A stretch of 64,000 nt of DNA from Candidatus Micrarchaeota archaeon (GCA_964552755.1 CAZKHX010000001.1:18007-82006); one strand, 5' to 3'; positions 29,901 through 38,628 are shown, counted from the stretch's first letter. Numbers and translations: made by a program. Notes: generated by a model from the sequence alone, not told the origin.

Positions 29901-31108
29901 GGGCGGTCCGCCTCATCTGCCCCAACTGCATGGTCGCAGTGGGCGCGGGTTATACCGGATACGGGGGGGATGCCGAGAACAGCTACCAGCGCCGGCTCGA
30001 TTTCGCGAACTTCCTTTTCCGCTACCAGAACGAATCAACGCATTACATACTCAACGGGCCGGACAGCTACAACCTGACCATCCCGTGCGAAGACCCGCGG
30101 CTTGAATGCGACAACGAGGCCCTGAACCTGGTGGACGTGCTTGCGATGAAATGGGAGCTCAGCAAGGAGGATTCCTTCTGCGAAATAGAAAATGAGCAGG
30201 AGCGCTTCCAGGCAATCCTTGACGCGGAAACCGGCCTCGGCTCGCGCATGCTTGCGCGCTTCCACAAGCCGGTCGTGATTACGGACTTCAGCATAGTGCT
30301 CACCGAGTTCGATACCTGCTGGGACGCGGAGAGCGCCGCACGCTTCATGGTATTCCTTTCGGAGCACACGCAGGAGCTTGCGGAGAGCGGCCACCTAGGC
30401 ATAATCTATGATGCATGGACGAAGGAGCGGGCGGAGGCCGCGCCCACGGGCACCGCCACCGCTGCGGAGCAGGGCCGCGCCTACATCCGCGTGGACTCGG
30501 GCGACGTGGACGGCAGGAGGGGCACGTTCTATGAGGGCGCCTTCATCGCCTCGCGCATCTTTGCGGGCTACGAGCACAAGACCTATTTCAACGAGGTGAG
30601 CGCAACCGAGGAATGCTACTGCGAGCCCTGCCTGCCCTCCGACCCGGATGAGATTTGCAACGGCCGCTACCGCGGGGTTGGCTATGAGTGCAAGGACTAT
30701 GACGGCTCGCGCAGCAAATGGTCTGAAATGTGCGTCTCGCTCAACCAGTGCACCCTCCCCGGCGAGGATGATTATGAGATTGAATGCGACGTGATATACA
30801 ACAACGGCACCCGCACCACGGAAACCTACCATTCTGATGACATTGCGGAAACCCCTCAGCTCTACATGGACGTGATTGCCTCAATCGAGGAGGGCTACGG
30901 CACGCCCTGCTTCAACTTCAGCGGCAATTACATAAGCTATGTGAAGATTGGCGAGCCGATTTTCCAGGCAACGCCCACGATGTTCAGGACCGATGGCGAC
31001 ACCGCCAAGTCCTGCACCCCGCTGGAGGGCTTCGACCTTTCCTTCTGCGGCTACACGCCGCCCGTGAGCGACAGGGAGATGCACTGTGAAATACTAGGGG
31101 TGAGGTGA
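26951..31108 (+). CDS. Giant (1387-aa) secreted cysteine-rich lipoprotein
   Basis: 'MMKKLLALPAIAFLFLLGC' is a signal peptide plus lipobox. The protein is very Cys/Asp/Tyr/Asn/Gly-rich throughout and has no TM after the signal. It is translationally coupled to M6. Confidence 0.75.
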   Translation: MMKKLLALPAIAFLFLLGCNAPTYQDCCLYANASDSGICVMLNGTIYDDSTCDMELLTCNVTLDDRELEIPLCPKVDKVRCNTSCVGVFCGSFDYDPRPLPSPADDMQSDDEESQERVTAGSASERGPINLFQSECRVKNITPAFLRAAKSTGGFTLNVFRFGVGNSFAEFDEAMAYFPLTDLSCRINMYGTKDRYVNYVLPNSIDGSEKLCRFTGILDAMYICNIDSTIESHSYYDCASRCALAYQGYEPNVDPDNPYPTENEAGELVGNPFSYGIYGTYSLAPAEPLVLSSKYRDQVDMSGITFTSTSPFKDEYQPGYNFYGATFRKSDSLSAERGGIDWAVARYGLPIFFTDSIYDYYSGEMEDTDSMEFSGSTTVFTTAEQDLHGAYIPLLTHHSVYADQLAEGHRLDNGSWMPGAEFECADNSECISGFCNTFDYHRGNCIPKDKWILGEYISNYEVPCGCWEYQGETLCPGMQSYEAQAWDDTSERVRATAALSAPVRAHKELEVLTPLRSMPSKGRVFSHEDDETGETIPYVVIQVGGESRHPTYGYTNFGALDMAGVFDDESYRAAMAAWLMAVDARTLTIDQALSRDKWGQCGTDCGKFYTTFAEACMPEWDSDPDAYDYFHMCREFPEVSGGSAPPAAVYGKKVSPSTGEAVDSGFCASLNGNSELYDEVFCYERNIDDDCVAWSTTAIVVEPRPVTYRDEEGREIAGYAFGNCLADEDGTELLTHTYGICEQCTFLTLAKQEIVPLPQDEDDPGYPGSGDREDNKYCPNVVVETPYEPNDPAVTKFGSLGPYDEWQVGGTHGTEDYSQCYMPDYSENGLQEAWADYLPNAYYLKRKTESYLVRGVMPVIVATNDSLWEAYTSPGGERDWALMAYYWNHITRDDEGYARVTIDASHPYMIELAENEPQLLEQFAQHDEAGEYYAFGGPLLLNGIQDMGAAIIIVGNQDLGDWSSIPLFGAYSAGGGASNRDRARAVRLICPNCMVAVGAGYTGYGGDAENSYQRRLDFANFLFRYQNESTHYILNGPDSYNLTIPCEDPRLECDNEALNLVDVLAMKWELSKEDSFCEIENEQERFQAILDAETGLGSRMLARFHKPVVITDFSIVLTEFDTCWDAESAARFMVFLSEHTQELAESGHLGIIYDAWTKERAEAAPTGTATAAEQGRAYIRVDSGDVDGRRGTFYEGAFIASRIFAGYEHKTYFNEVSATEECYCEPCLPSDPDEICNGRYRGVGYECKDYDGSRSKWSEMCVSLNQCTLPGEDDYEIECDVIYNNGTRTTETYHSDDIAETPQLYMDVIASIEEGYGTPCFNFSGNYISYVKIGEPIFQATPTMFRTDGDTAKSCTPLEGFDLSFCGYTPPVSDREMHCEILGVR

Positions 31109-31118
31109 GGGTGATTTA

Positions 31119-34100
31119 ATGTTTTGTCCCGAAATAAAGGCGATGAGGCCCGCCGCATTCCTTGCGCTCCTGATTCTCGTTTCCCTAGCCTTTTCCACGA
31201 CCGGCCGGCTGCCCATGCAGATCGACCAGCCGCCGCTTATACCCGGGATGGGCGTCCCGCCCATGCACGTCCCTCCCCCTTGCGAGGAATGCCCTGCAGA
31301 GGGTTCCCTGCAGCCGTTCATGTTCTCCTCCCTAAATGAGGAGGCGGAGATTACCACTGTTACGATGGGGGTGCAGGCTGCGGACGAGCGCTACCCCGTG
31401 GAGGGCGCCACAATTTTTGCATATGTTTACGACCGTGACGGGTTCGAAACTGACAAGTGCAGGATGTACACCGATTCATCCGGCACCGCGGAATTCGACT
31501 TCAGCGGCATCCCGGAATGCACCGGAGGGGACGGGTGTACGATGCGCTTCATCTTCTGCTGCCCGAACCCCGGGCAGGGGTGCCTCATCGCAAGCTGCCT
31601 TGACGAGCCGATTACCGATTATACTGATTTCCCAATGTGCGCAGATTACAGCGGCGGGATATGGCCCGAGGCCGCAACGGTAGACGGTTCAGAGGAGCCG
31701 CTTTTCCCTGCGTATACCGAAACGGTGAGGCCGCCCGAAGAGGTGGTGATTGGCACCGCATTCGAGTTCGACCTCTGCTTCCCGGTGCTTGTCATTTTCG
31801 GCTTCCTTGCGGCCGCGATGTTTGCCGCGGGCAGGAATCCCTTCTCTGCATTTTCCATCTACACCCCGCGCTACACGCGGGGCGCGGAGCGCGCAATCAG
31901 TGCCCGCGGGTTTTCAATTGACGCGGCAAGCGTCGCGAGCGCGCTCGGCCTCGCCATGGCAGGGGGCAAGGCGCTCAAGAAGGCCGCGAAAAAGGCCGCG
32001 GCAAAGGCCAAGAAAGCGGGAGTGAGCGCCAAAAAGGTGCAGATGGCGGTGAAAGGCGCACAGACCCCTTCCAAGAAGCTGGGAGTGCAAGAAGGAGAAG
32101 AGGCAAAAGGGGGCGCGCAGGCCCAAAAGGCCGAATTGACCGGGGCGGGGGGGCCGACGCAGGCGGAAATAGCGATGGGCGCGGCCGCAGGAAAAGCGAT
32201 GCCCGGAGGCACCGCGATGGCCTTCGGAAAGTCCTTCTTCAAGGCAATATTCTCAATATTCAAGGGCGGCGATGCCGCAAGGGCAGCATGGGCGGAATTC
32301 GGGCAGCTGATGTCTGCCGGCAAGTTCAGGGGAGACATGGCGGCCCAATACCAGGGAGCAGGGGTAAGGGAGGCAGGGCTCGCATTCCTGGATACCCTCC
32401 TGCTGTTCGCAACCCCCTTCGGCCTTTACTATGCATTCGGGCAGCTGGGCCCGGTCAAGAAGCAGCTTGCCAAATACCAGGGCCAGAGGAACGCTCTTGT
32501 CGCGGCAGGCCTCATAAACCAGTTCAAGGAAGGCACCGCCTACATAAAGGAGAAGGACGGCATAGTCACGGTGCAGTTCGACAACGTCGCCACCGGGGAA
32601 ACAGTAAAGGAAACGTTTGACATAACCACAGAAAAGGGCATGAAGGCCTACCAGCACTTCCTCAACATCAACATAGTGATGCCTATCCAGATAGGCACCT
32701 CATTCATCCAGAGCCAGATGCAGGAAGGCCAGCAGGAAATGGCAAAGCAGGGGAACGGGGCGCTTACAGGGGATTCCGGGGACCTGCTCACCCAGTTCTA
32801 CCTTGTCGAGCAGGGCATGAACGTTGCGGAGCTCCAGAAATACTCCGACGCAAAGGCAGTCGACGCGGTGCTCACAGACCGCAAGGCCACTTCCGAGCAG
32901 AAGCTCTTCGCATTCCTTGCCTACATGTCCTCGGACAAGGCGAACCTTGCGAAGGCATCAAAGGAATACACGAGCTTCAACAGCTTCCTGCTCGGCTACG
33001 GGGGGGCCGCGGACCTAGTGGGCGAAGACGGCAAATTCAACGTTTCCGCCCTTACCGGAGCAATGCTGCTCTCGGGCCAGCTGGAAGGGGTATCCGAGAA
33101 GAAAGTCAGCGGCATAGCCGCGTTCAAGGCGAACCTTGAGGGGACCGTTGACCGGACAACCGGAGCGGCGCAAAACGAGGCAATAGAATCCCAGCTGCTG
33201 GCAATGGAAGCGCAGATGCTGCTTGAGGGAAAGGGCGAAAGGGAAATCGCGGTTGCGAAAAACAGGCAGGAGGCATACCTGCGCGGGAAGGGCATGGGGA
33301 TTTCCTCCGTCCTCGCGACCGAAGGCATGGGCGAGGACAGCAAGGCCGTCCAATTGGGCATACTCTCCCTGGGCTTTGCGAACATGGCCTATTCCGAGCA
33401 GCTTGGGAACAAGTCAATTGCGGAAACCGGCACCGGCAAGCTGAACAAATACTCTGCGGAGTATGCCGCGTGGAAGAAGCTCGAGATAGACGTAAGCGAG
33501 AGGAAGGGGGAGAAGCTGGAGCAGTTTGCGGATTCCTATAAGGATTATCAGGCATTCCTCGGGTATTCGCAGGAGATTGCGCTCGCGCTCCCGGAAATGC
33601 CCCCCGCGCTGCAGTACAAGCCGGAGGGCTCGCCCTCTGCCATGGCAATCGGCGTGGTTTCTGGGCAGGCGAAGCTGGAGAGCGTCCCGAAGGTGAGCGT
33701 CGGGGACGTTGCGGTTGCAGGCACCTACCAGATAGTGGGCAACCAGCAGGAAGCCGCGACGTATCTCAAAAACCTTGGGCAGATAGGCAATGCGTTCGAA
33801 ACGATGGGAATGCTCCTGCAGCCGATGGCAGTGGCCAACAACATAAACGCAATGAGTGTAGGCGGGGACCCGGAAACCGGCAAGGAAGGCAAGCCAGTTT
33901 ACGAACTGCTCGTTTCGGGAGAGCCGAAAGGCAAGAAGAAGGGAGAACTGTACGACTCGGCCATCTATGTAATGATGAGCACGCTGGAAACCTCATTCGG
34001 CGAGCCGCTTTCCACGCGGGGGGCGGAGGAGTATAAACAATTCGACTACATAAACTCCGGCGCGAAAAAGGCAGGGGAAAAGCCGCCGGAATATAAGGGC

Positions 34101-35156
34101 GCGGAGCTGCAGAAGCAGCTGGATGCGCAGGCAGCCATAATACTTGACCCTGCCGCAGACCCGGATGCAAAAGCCAAGGCGCTTGAGCAGTTTGGGTACC
34201 TTGCGCTGGGCACAATCCAGAGCTCCGGCAGCGCCAAGAAGGACAGGGGCATTGCGCTGGATGCAATTGCAGAGCTCGGCGTGACCAAGGCAACAAACCA
34301 ATATACGGACGCAACCCTTGGCCCAGAATACCTCCCCACATTCGAGACGACGACTGCCGAAACCGCCGCGGCGGAGCAGATACAAATAACAAAGGTGCAA
34401 TACCAGGCCCCCCAGCCCGAATATTCGAAGCCGGAAACCTCAGGGATGCTTACGACTTACCTCACCATGGGAAATACTTTCGCTGGCACTGAATCAATCC
34501 CCGGGGGGAGGGACCTGAAGAAAGAGATTGACTCCCAGACAAAGGTAGCGACTGACCCGAATTCCTCCCCGGACCAGGTAGCCGAATCGTTGCTTGTGCT
34601 TGGGCCGCTGACGCTTGGCGTTCTGCAGAACCCTGAAAGCAGCGCACAGGACAAGGCGCTGGCAAGGGCGGCCCTCACAGGCCTTGCGGACAAGGTGCCT
34701 GCTGACAACCTGCTGCCTCCCGAAGAAACGGTTGCCGAAACCACAGCAGGGGAACAGTTCAAAATCACGAAAAAAGGTTATGGCGCTCCGCCCCCCGCAT
34801 ATGCTCCCCCGGAGCCGGGCGCGAAGCCTCCCCTGGCCGGGGTGGAAGGCCTCGACCCGATGCAGAATTTCCAGAACATATACAACCTGCCGTCAGCGCA
34901 GAAGGCAATTGGCAAATACATGGAAGACCCAAAGATCCATGATGAAGCATTCAAGATGGAAAAAACCGCGAAGGAAACCTACGAAAGCATACCTGTGGGC
35001 GGCTACATAAGCAAGGAAGAGAAAGAGACCGTGCCCTTCCTTGAAGAACGCCCGTTGCCAAGGGCTACTGAGAGGTTTGAAGCGCCGCACGAAGCGACCG
35101 GCCCAAAAACAAGGGAGGAAAAGGCCGCAGGGCATTCCAAAGGCGGTAAGAAATGA
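31119..35156 (+). CDS. Giant (1345-aa) membrane protein: signal peptide, Cys-rich ~200-aa ectodomain, TM helix, then ~1100-aa K/A/E/Q-rich helical low-complexity domain with internal repeats
   Basis: Strong SD 'GGTGAGGTGAGGGTGAT' lies before ATG 31119. TM 'FEFDLCFPVLVIFGFLAAAMFAAG' at ~aa 215-238; 'KKAAKKAAAKAKKAG' tracts; ~130-aa internal repeat ('TAETAAAEQIQITKVQYQAPQPE' / 'TVAETTAGEQFKITKKGYGAPPPAY'). Confidence 0.75.
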   Translation: MFCPEIKAMRPAAFLALLILVSLAFSTTGRLPMQIDQPPLIPGMGVPPMHVPPPCEECPAEGSLQPFMFSSLNEEAEITTVTMGVQAADERYPVEGATIFAYVYDRDGFETDKCRMYTDSSGTAEFDFSGIPECTGGDGCTMRFIFCCPNPGQGCLIASCLDEPITDYTDFPMCADYSGGIWPEAATVDGSEEPLFPAYTETVRPPEEVVIGTAFEFDLCFPVLVIFGFLAAAMFAAGRNPFSAFSIYTPRYTRGAERAISARGFSIDAASVASALGLAMAGGKALKKAAKKAAAKAKKAGVSAKKVQMAVKGAQTPSKKLGVQEGEEAKGGAQAQKAELTGAGGPTQAEIAMGAAAGKAMPGGTAMAFGKSFFKAIFSIFKGGDAARAAWAEFGQLMSAGKFRGDMAAQYQGAGVREAGLAFLDTLLLFATPFGLYYAFGQLGPVKKQLAKYQGQRNALVAAGLINQFKEGTAYIKEKDGIVTVQFDNVATGETVKETFDITTEKGMKAYQHFLNINIVMPIQIGTSFIQSQMQEGQQEMAKQGNGALTGDSGDLLTQFYLVEQGMNVAELQKYSDAKAVDAVLTDRKATSEQKLFAFLAYMSSDKANLAKASKEYTSFNSFLLGYGGAADLVGEDGKFNVSALTGAMLLSGQLEGVSEKKVSGIAAFKANLEGTVDRTTGAAQNEAIESQLLAMEAQMLLEGKGEREIAVAKNRQEAYLRGKGMGISSVLATEGMGEDSKAVQLGILSLGFANMAYSEQLGNKSIAETGTGKLNKYSAEYAAWKKLEIDVSERKGEKLEQFADSYKDYQAFLGYSQEIALALPEMPPALQYKPEGSPSAMAIGVVSGQAKLESVPKVSVGDVAVAGTYQIVGNQQEAATYLKNLGQIGNAFETMGMLLQPMAVANNINAMSVGGDPETGKEGKPVYELLVSGEPKGKKKGELYDSAIYVMMSTLETSFGEPLSTRGAEEYKQFDYINSGAKKAGEKPPEYKGAELQKQLDAQAAIILDPAADPDAKAKALEQFGYLALGTIQSSGSAKKDRGIALDAIAELGVTKATNQYTDATLGPEYLPTFETTTAETAAAEQIQITKVQYQAPQPEYSKPETSGMLTTYLTMGNTFAGTESIPGGRDLKKEIDSQTKVATDPNSSPDQVAESLLVLGPLTLGVLQNPESSAQDKALARAALTGLADKVPADNLLPPEETVAETTAGEQFKITKKGYGAPPPAYAPPEPGAKPPLAGVEGLDPMQNFQNIYNLPSAQKAIGKYMEDPKIHDEAFKMEKTAKETYESIPVGGYISKEEKETVPFLEERPLPRATERFEAPHEATGPKTREEKAAGHSKGGKK

Positions 35157-35464
35157 CCGGAACCCGGCCGATGAGGCGCCTGAGGCGCCACCTCACGGTT
35201 GAGAACCTCTGGCTATACATCCTCTCATTAATCAGGAAAAAGAAGGAAGTTTACGCATATGCGCTCCCGGAAGAGATAGAGAAGCGCTATTCCTTCAAGC
35301 CCAGCAGGGTGATGATGTACATAGTATTGCACATGCTGGAGGATGAGGGGCTTATTACAAGCAAAATGAAGGAGCGCAGGAAATATTACAGGCTTACGAA
35401 GAAAGGCAACGAAGCGCTGAAAGAATCCAGGAAAATGCTCACATCCCTTTCAAGGAAGCTCTGA
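35153..35464 (+). CDS. PadR-family winged-helix transcriptional regulator
   Basis: 'ENLWLYILSLI...YAYAL...MYIVLHMLEDEGLI...RKYYRLTKKGNEAL' is a PadR signature. ATGA overlap with the giant gene. Confidence 0.75.
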   Translation: MTGTRPMRRLRRHLTVENLWLYILSLIRKKKEVYAYALPEEIEKRYSFKPSRVMMYIVLHMLEDEGLITSKMKERRKYYRLTKKGNEALKESRKMLTSLSRKL

Positions 35465-35517
35465 CCGGTGCGGAAGCGCCATGCTGGCACCCTCCGGCGC
35501 AATGGGCCGCGGGAGCC

Positions 35518-36546
35518 CTAATCAATGCGGAAGCGCAAAAGCGCAACCAGCCCGCCGAAGCCCTTGAGCTTCTGCGCGGCATCGCTTTCCGAGAAGAAAA
35601 CCACTTCCGCCTTTTTCTTTTCAGCGGCTTCGACTATGTCCTCTACTTCTTTGCTCTTGCGCAACGCCTCGTCAAGGACGAGCAATTTCTCCACAGCAGA
35701 GGCGGCAACCGCATCCTTCACCTTCCCAAGGCCGTAGCATGCAAGGCCGCTGTCCCTGTGCAGCTCCACCATGAACTCCTCCATGAGTGTCTCTTCCCTT
35801 TCCACCTGCGCCTCCCCCGCGACGCGGGCGACAACCCCTCCCTTGAGGAGCTCATTCACCCCGGTGCGCTCGGCATAGGAACAGGTTTCGAAGACCATCC
35901 GCTCAAGCAGGGCGGGCTCCTTTTTCTTTATGAAATCCCTGAGCCCGTCCTTTGCAAAGCCAGGGCCGGCAACTATGAATTTCTCCGGGTGCTTGGAGAT
36001 GAAGGCCGCAACGTCCCCGTAATACTGCAAAAGCTTCTCCTCATATTTTCCCTCTTTTTTCGAGCCGTGGAATTCGAATTCAGGGCCGTAGGAGACCCCG
36101 TAGCCGCGCAGGACCGCGGTGAGCGCGTGCTCCTCGTCCATCGCTATTATGCGGAGCACCGGCCTCTTGGTCTCTTCTACTGCTTTTTTCAGCCGCGAGA
36201 CCTCGAACTCCTTCCACTTCTTGGTAACCTTGGGCTTGCTGCCGGGCCCGAATTCAAACGTATGGTGCCGGCCCCTCTGCACGAATTCCTCGGGCGTGCC
36301 CGCTTCAATCGTGCCGCCCACCCGCAGCCGGTTCGCATACTCCGCGAATTCAGCGCTTTCCATGCGAAGTGCAATCGTAACCGGCTTTTTCTCCTCTTTT
36401 CCTTCCCCAAATTTCACGCTGCGCCACGTCCTTGCGGTAACGAGGTCGCCGGGGCGCAGCACCCTCTCAAGGTGCCACAGGTCCTCCAGCCGCTCAAGCA
36501 GGAGCTTCATCTCGCCGGTTTTCCGGTCGAAGTGCACTATGCGCAT
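35518..36546 (-). CDS. pelA: Pelota (aPelota/Dom34) mRNA surveillance factor
   Basis: N-terminus 'MRIVHFDRKTGEMKLLLERLEDLWHLERVLRPGDLV' and ~340-aa length are typical of archaeal Pelota. Confidence 0.8.
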   Translation of the reverse strand: MRIVHFDRKTGEMKLLLERLEDLWHLERVLRPGDLVTARTWRSVKFGEGKEEKKPVTIALRMESAEFAEYANRLRVGGTIEAGTPEEFVQRGRHHTFEFGPGSKPKVTKKWKEFEVSRLKKAVEETKRPVLRIIAMDEEHALTAVLRGYGVSYGPEFEFHGSKKEGKYEEKLLQYYGDVAAFISKHPEKFIVAGPGFAKDGLRDFIKKKEPALLERMVFETCSYAERTGVNELLKGGVVARVAGEAQVEREETLMEEFMVELHRDSGLACYGLGKVKDAVAASAVEKLLVLDEALRKSKEVEDIVEAAEKKKAEVVFFSESDAAQKLKGFGGLVALLRFRID

Positions 36547-36572
36547 GGGAAGGATTAGCATGGAAAAGGCAT

Positions 36573-37067
36573 TTAATCAGAGCGGGAAAGCCGCTCGAGA
36601 ATCGCTTTTTTCTCCTCTTCCGGGATGCCTTCGTCGTCCCTGAAGAAGTCATTGTAGAATTCGCGGAGCAGCTTGCGCGTGCGCTCCGGGTCGATGCGCC
36701 ATGCTTCGCGTATGTGCAGCCGTGCCTTTGGGGAATCCAGGAATAGGTAGCATACGCCGAGCATAAAGTTTACGTCAGCATCCTTTTTGAGCCCAAGCGC
36801 ACGGTGGAGGTGGTTGGCGGCCGCCTCGAACTCGAACCGCTCCATGTGCAGGTGCGCGATTGCCTTCAGGTACTTTTGGGAAACCTTGGAATAGAGCGCG
36901 CGGGTATAGCATTCCATCGCGCGCATGGAGTCGCCCTCGTGCTTTGCGGCCATGCCGAGCATGAACCACGCTTCCGCATCCCCCTTGTCCTTCGCGAGGC
37001 GCTCCTTTGCAATCCTGCGCACTTCCCCTGCCTTTCCCTTGCTGAGAAGCGCAAGAAGCTCATCCAT
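36573..37067 (-). CDS. TPR-repeat protein
   Basis: Repeated 'AWFMLGMAAKHEGD...AMECYTRAL' and 'FMLGVCYLF' TPR-like helices. Confidence 0.5.
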   Translation of the reverse strand: MDELLALLSKGKAGEVRRIAKERLAKDKGDAEAWFMLGMAAKHEGDSMRAMECYTRALYSKVSQKYLKAIAHLHMERFEFEAAANHLHRALGLKKDADVNFMLGVCYLFLDSPKARLHIREAWRIDPERTRKLLREFYNDFFRDDEGIPEEEKKAILERLSRSD

Positions 37068-37122
37068 GATTTTCCTTCCACATCCGCTTTTAAAAATAGT
37101 TGTGCTCCTTTCCAATACGAAA

Positions 37123-37274
37123 AGCCCCGTCGTCTAGTTGGTCTAGGATAGCAGGCTTTGGAAAGCCTTTTTGGCTTTCGGGTGTCTCAGGGCAAAAAGC
37201 CTTGGGAAAAACCCTTAGGTACGCCAAAGGCTTGGGGAAACCTGCAGGCACCAGTTCGAATCTGGTCGGGGCTA
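37123..37274 (+). tRNA. tRNA-Gln(TTG) with ~78-nt intron in the anticodon loop
   Basis: Acceptor AGCCCCG/CGGGGCT, D-arm GUCU-AGUUGGUCUA-GGAU, anticodon stem GCAGG...CCTGC separated by ~85 nt, loop 'CUUUGG^...^A' (anticodon UUG), T-arm ACCAG-TTCGAAT-CTGGT. Isotype depends on junction placement. Confidence 0.6.
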
Positions 37275-37371
37275 AGACAACCGCGGAGGGGGATGCCCCC
37301 TCCCTGGTTTTTCTTTGATTCCCGACCCTCCCCCATATTAGTAATGTTTATAAAGATTGGAAGTGGAATAT

Positions 37372-37671
37372 ATGTGTGCGAAAATGGCATTTAAGGAGAT
37401 GCTTAGAGAAAAAGAGGCAAAATCCGAGAAGCTTGGCCTCATACCGAAAATCGCAAAGGCAGACTATACCATGCACTCCCTGAAGCACCTTGCAGGGAAC
37501 GTGCGCGAGATGGAGCACGAAAGCAGGCACTACGGGAATGCGCATTCCGCATGGGAGCATGTCGCCCTGAGGGAGAAATGGGAAGGCCTGCCCATGAATG
37601 CGAGCCACCAGTCCTATTCGCACAACCACGTCCTTAGGCTTTTTGAGAATTTCAGGGGTGCAGTGCTCTAG
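37372..37671 (+). CDS. Hypothetical His-rich small protein
   Basis: ORF downstream of the tRNA. No domain recognised. Confidence 0.35.
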   Translation: MCAKMAFKEMLREKEAKSEKLGLIPKIAKADYTMHSLKHLAGNVREMEHESRHYGNAHSAWEHVALREKWEGLPMNASHQSYSHNHVLRLFENFRGAVL

Positions 37672-38628
37672 TCATTCCATCTCTATTGTTGAAGGCGGCT
37701 TATTGGTAATGTCATAAACTACGCGCCCGGCCCCGCGTATTTCGTTCGTAATCCTTGTGGAAATCTTCGCGAGCACTGAGTGCGGGATTTCCGAGAAGTT
37801 CGCAGTCATGCCGTCAAGGCTGCGCACCGCCCTTACTATTATGGTATATTTGTATATGCGCTCATCCCCTGCGACGCCGACTGTTTTTGCGGGCAGCACC
37901 GCCGCAAAGTACTGCCATGGGCGCTCCATCTCCCCGCGTTCCGAGGCGCGGTCGATTTCCTCTTCGGCGATTGCGCAGGCCTCGCGCACTATCTCCAGCT
38001 TTTCACGCGTAATCTCCCCCACTACCCGCACCGCAAGGCCCGGGCCGGGGAATGGCTGGCGCTCGTAGACGAACTCCGGGATGCCCAGTTCCTTGGCTGC
38101 CATGCGCACCTCATGCTTGTAGAGCTCGCGCAGGGGCTCGCATAGCTTGAGCTTCATCCCCTCCGGGAGGCCGCCGACGTTGTGGTGGCTCTTTATCGTG
38201 TCCCGGCCCATGCCGCCGCTCTCGATCCAGTCGGGCGCAATCGTCCCCTGTATGAGGTATTCCACCCCCTCCTTCTCCGCAATCTCGTCGAAAACCTCTA
38301 TGAACATCGCGCCTATTTTCTTCCTCTTCTCCTCGGGGTCGGAAACGCCTTCGAGCTTTGAGATGAAATATTCCTGCCTGTCCACCACACGCAGGGGGAT
38401 GCCCGCCTTTTCCGCAGCTTCAAGGGCGCGCTCCGCCTCATTCTTCCGCATGAAGCCGGTATCCACAAAAACAGCGACCAGCTGGCCGGGCACCGCGCGC
38501 GCGGCGAGCGCAGCTGCGGTCATGGAATCCACTCCCCCCGAGACGGCGGTGATGCACCTTGCGCTGCCCACCTTCTCCTTCATCTCCTTCTCCCCATCCT
38601 CCACGAATTTCGCAGGGTCGAACGCCAT
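37672..38628 (-). CDS. guaAB: GMP synthase (glutamine-hydrolysing) subunit B, ATP-pyrophosphatase
   Basis: PP-loop 'AVSGGVDSMTAAAL' and the conserved C-terminal dimerisation region. Archaeal split GuaA. Confidence 0.9.
   Translation of the reverse strand: MAFDPAKFVEDGEKEMKEKVGSARCITAVSGGVDSMTAAALAARAVPGQLVAVFVDTGFMRKNEAERALEAAEKAGIPLRVVDRQEYFISKLEGVSDPEEKRKKIGAMFIEVFDEIAEKEGVEYLIQGTIAPDWIESGGMGRDTIKSHHNVGGLPEGMKLKLCEPLRELYKHEVRMAAKELGIPEFVYERQPFPGPGLAVRVVGEITREKLEIVREACAIAEEEIDRASERGEMERPWQYFAAVLPAKTVGVAGDERIYKYTIIVRAVRSLDGMTANFSEIPHSVLAKISTRITNEIRGAGRVVYDITNKPPSTIEME

Noticed and set aside
35758-36558. 266-aa plus-strand ORF overlapping Pelota
   Set aside because: Antisense to a conserved Pelota CDS. 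Composition-driven.
37100-37394. Short ORFs 37100..37318, 37158..37394 and 37187..37390
   Set aside because: They overlap the intron-containing tRNA-Gln gene and its flanks.
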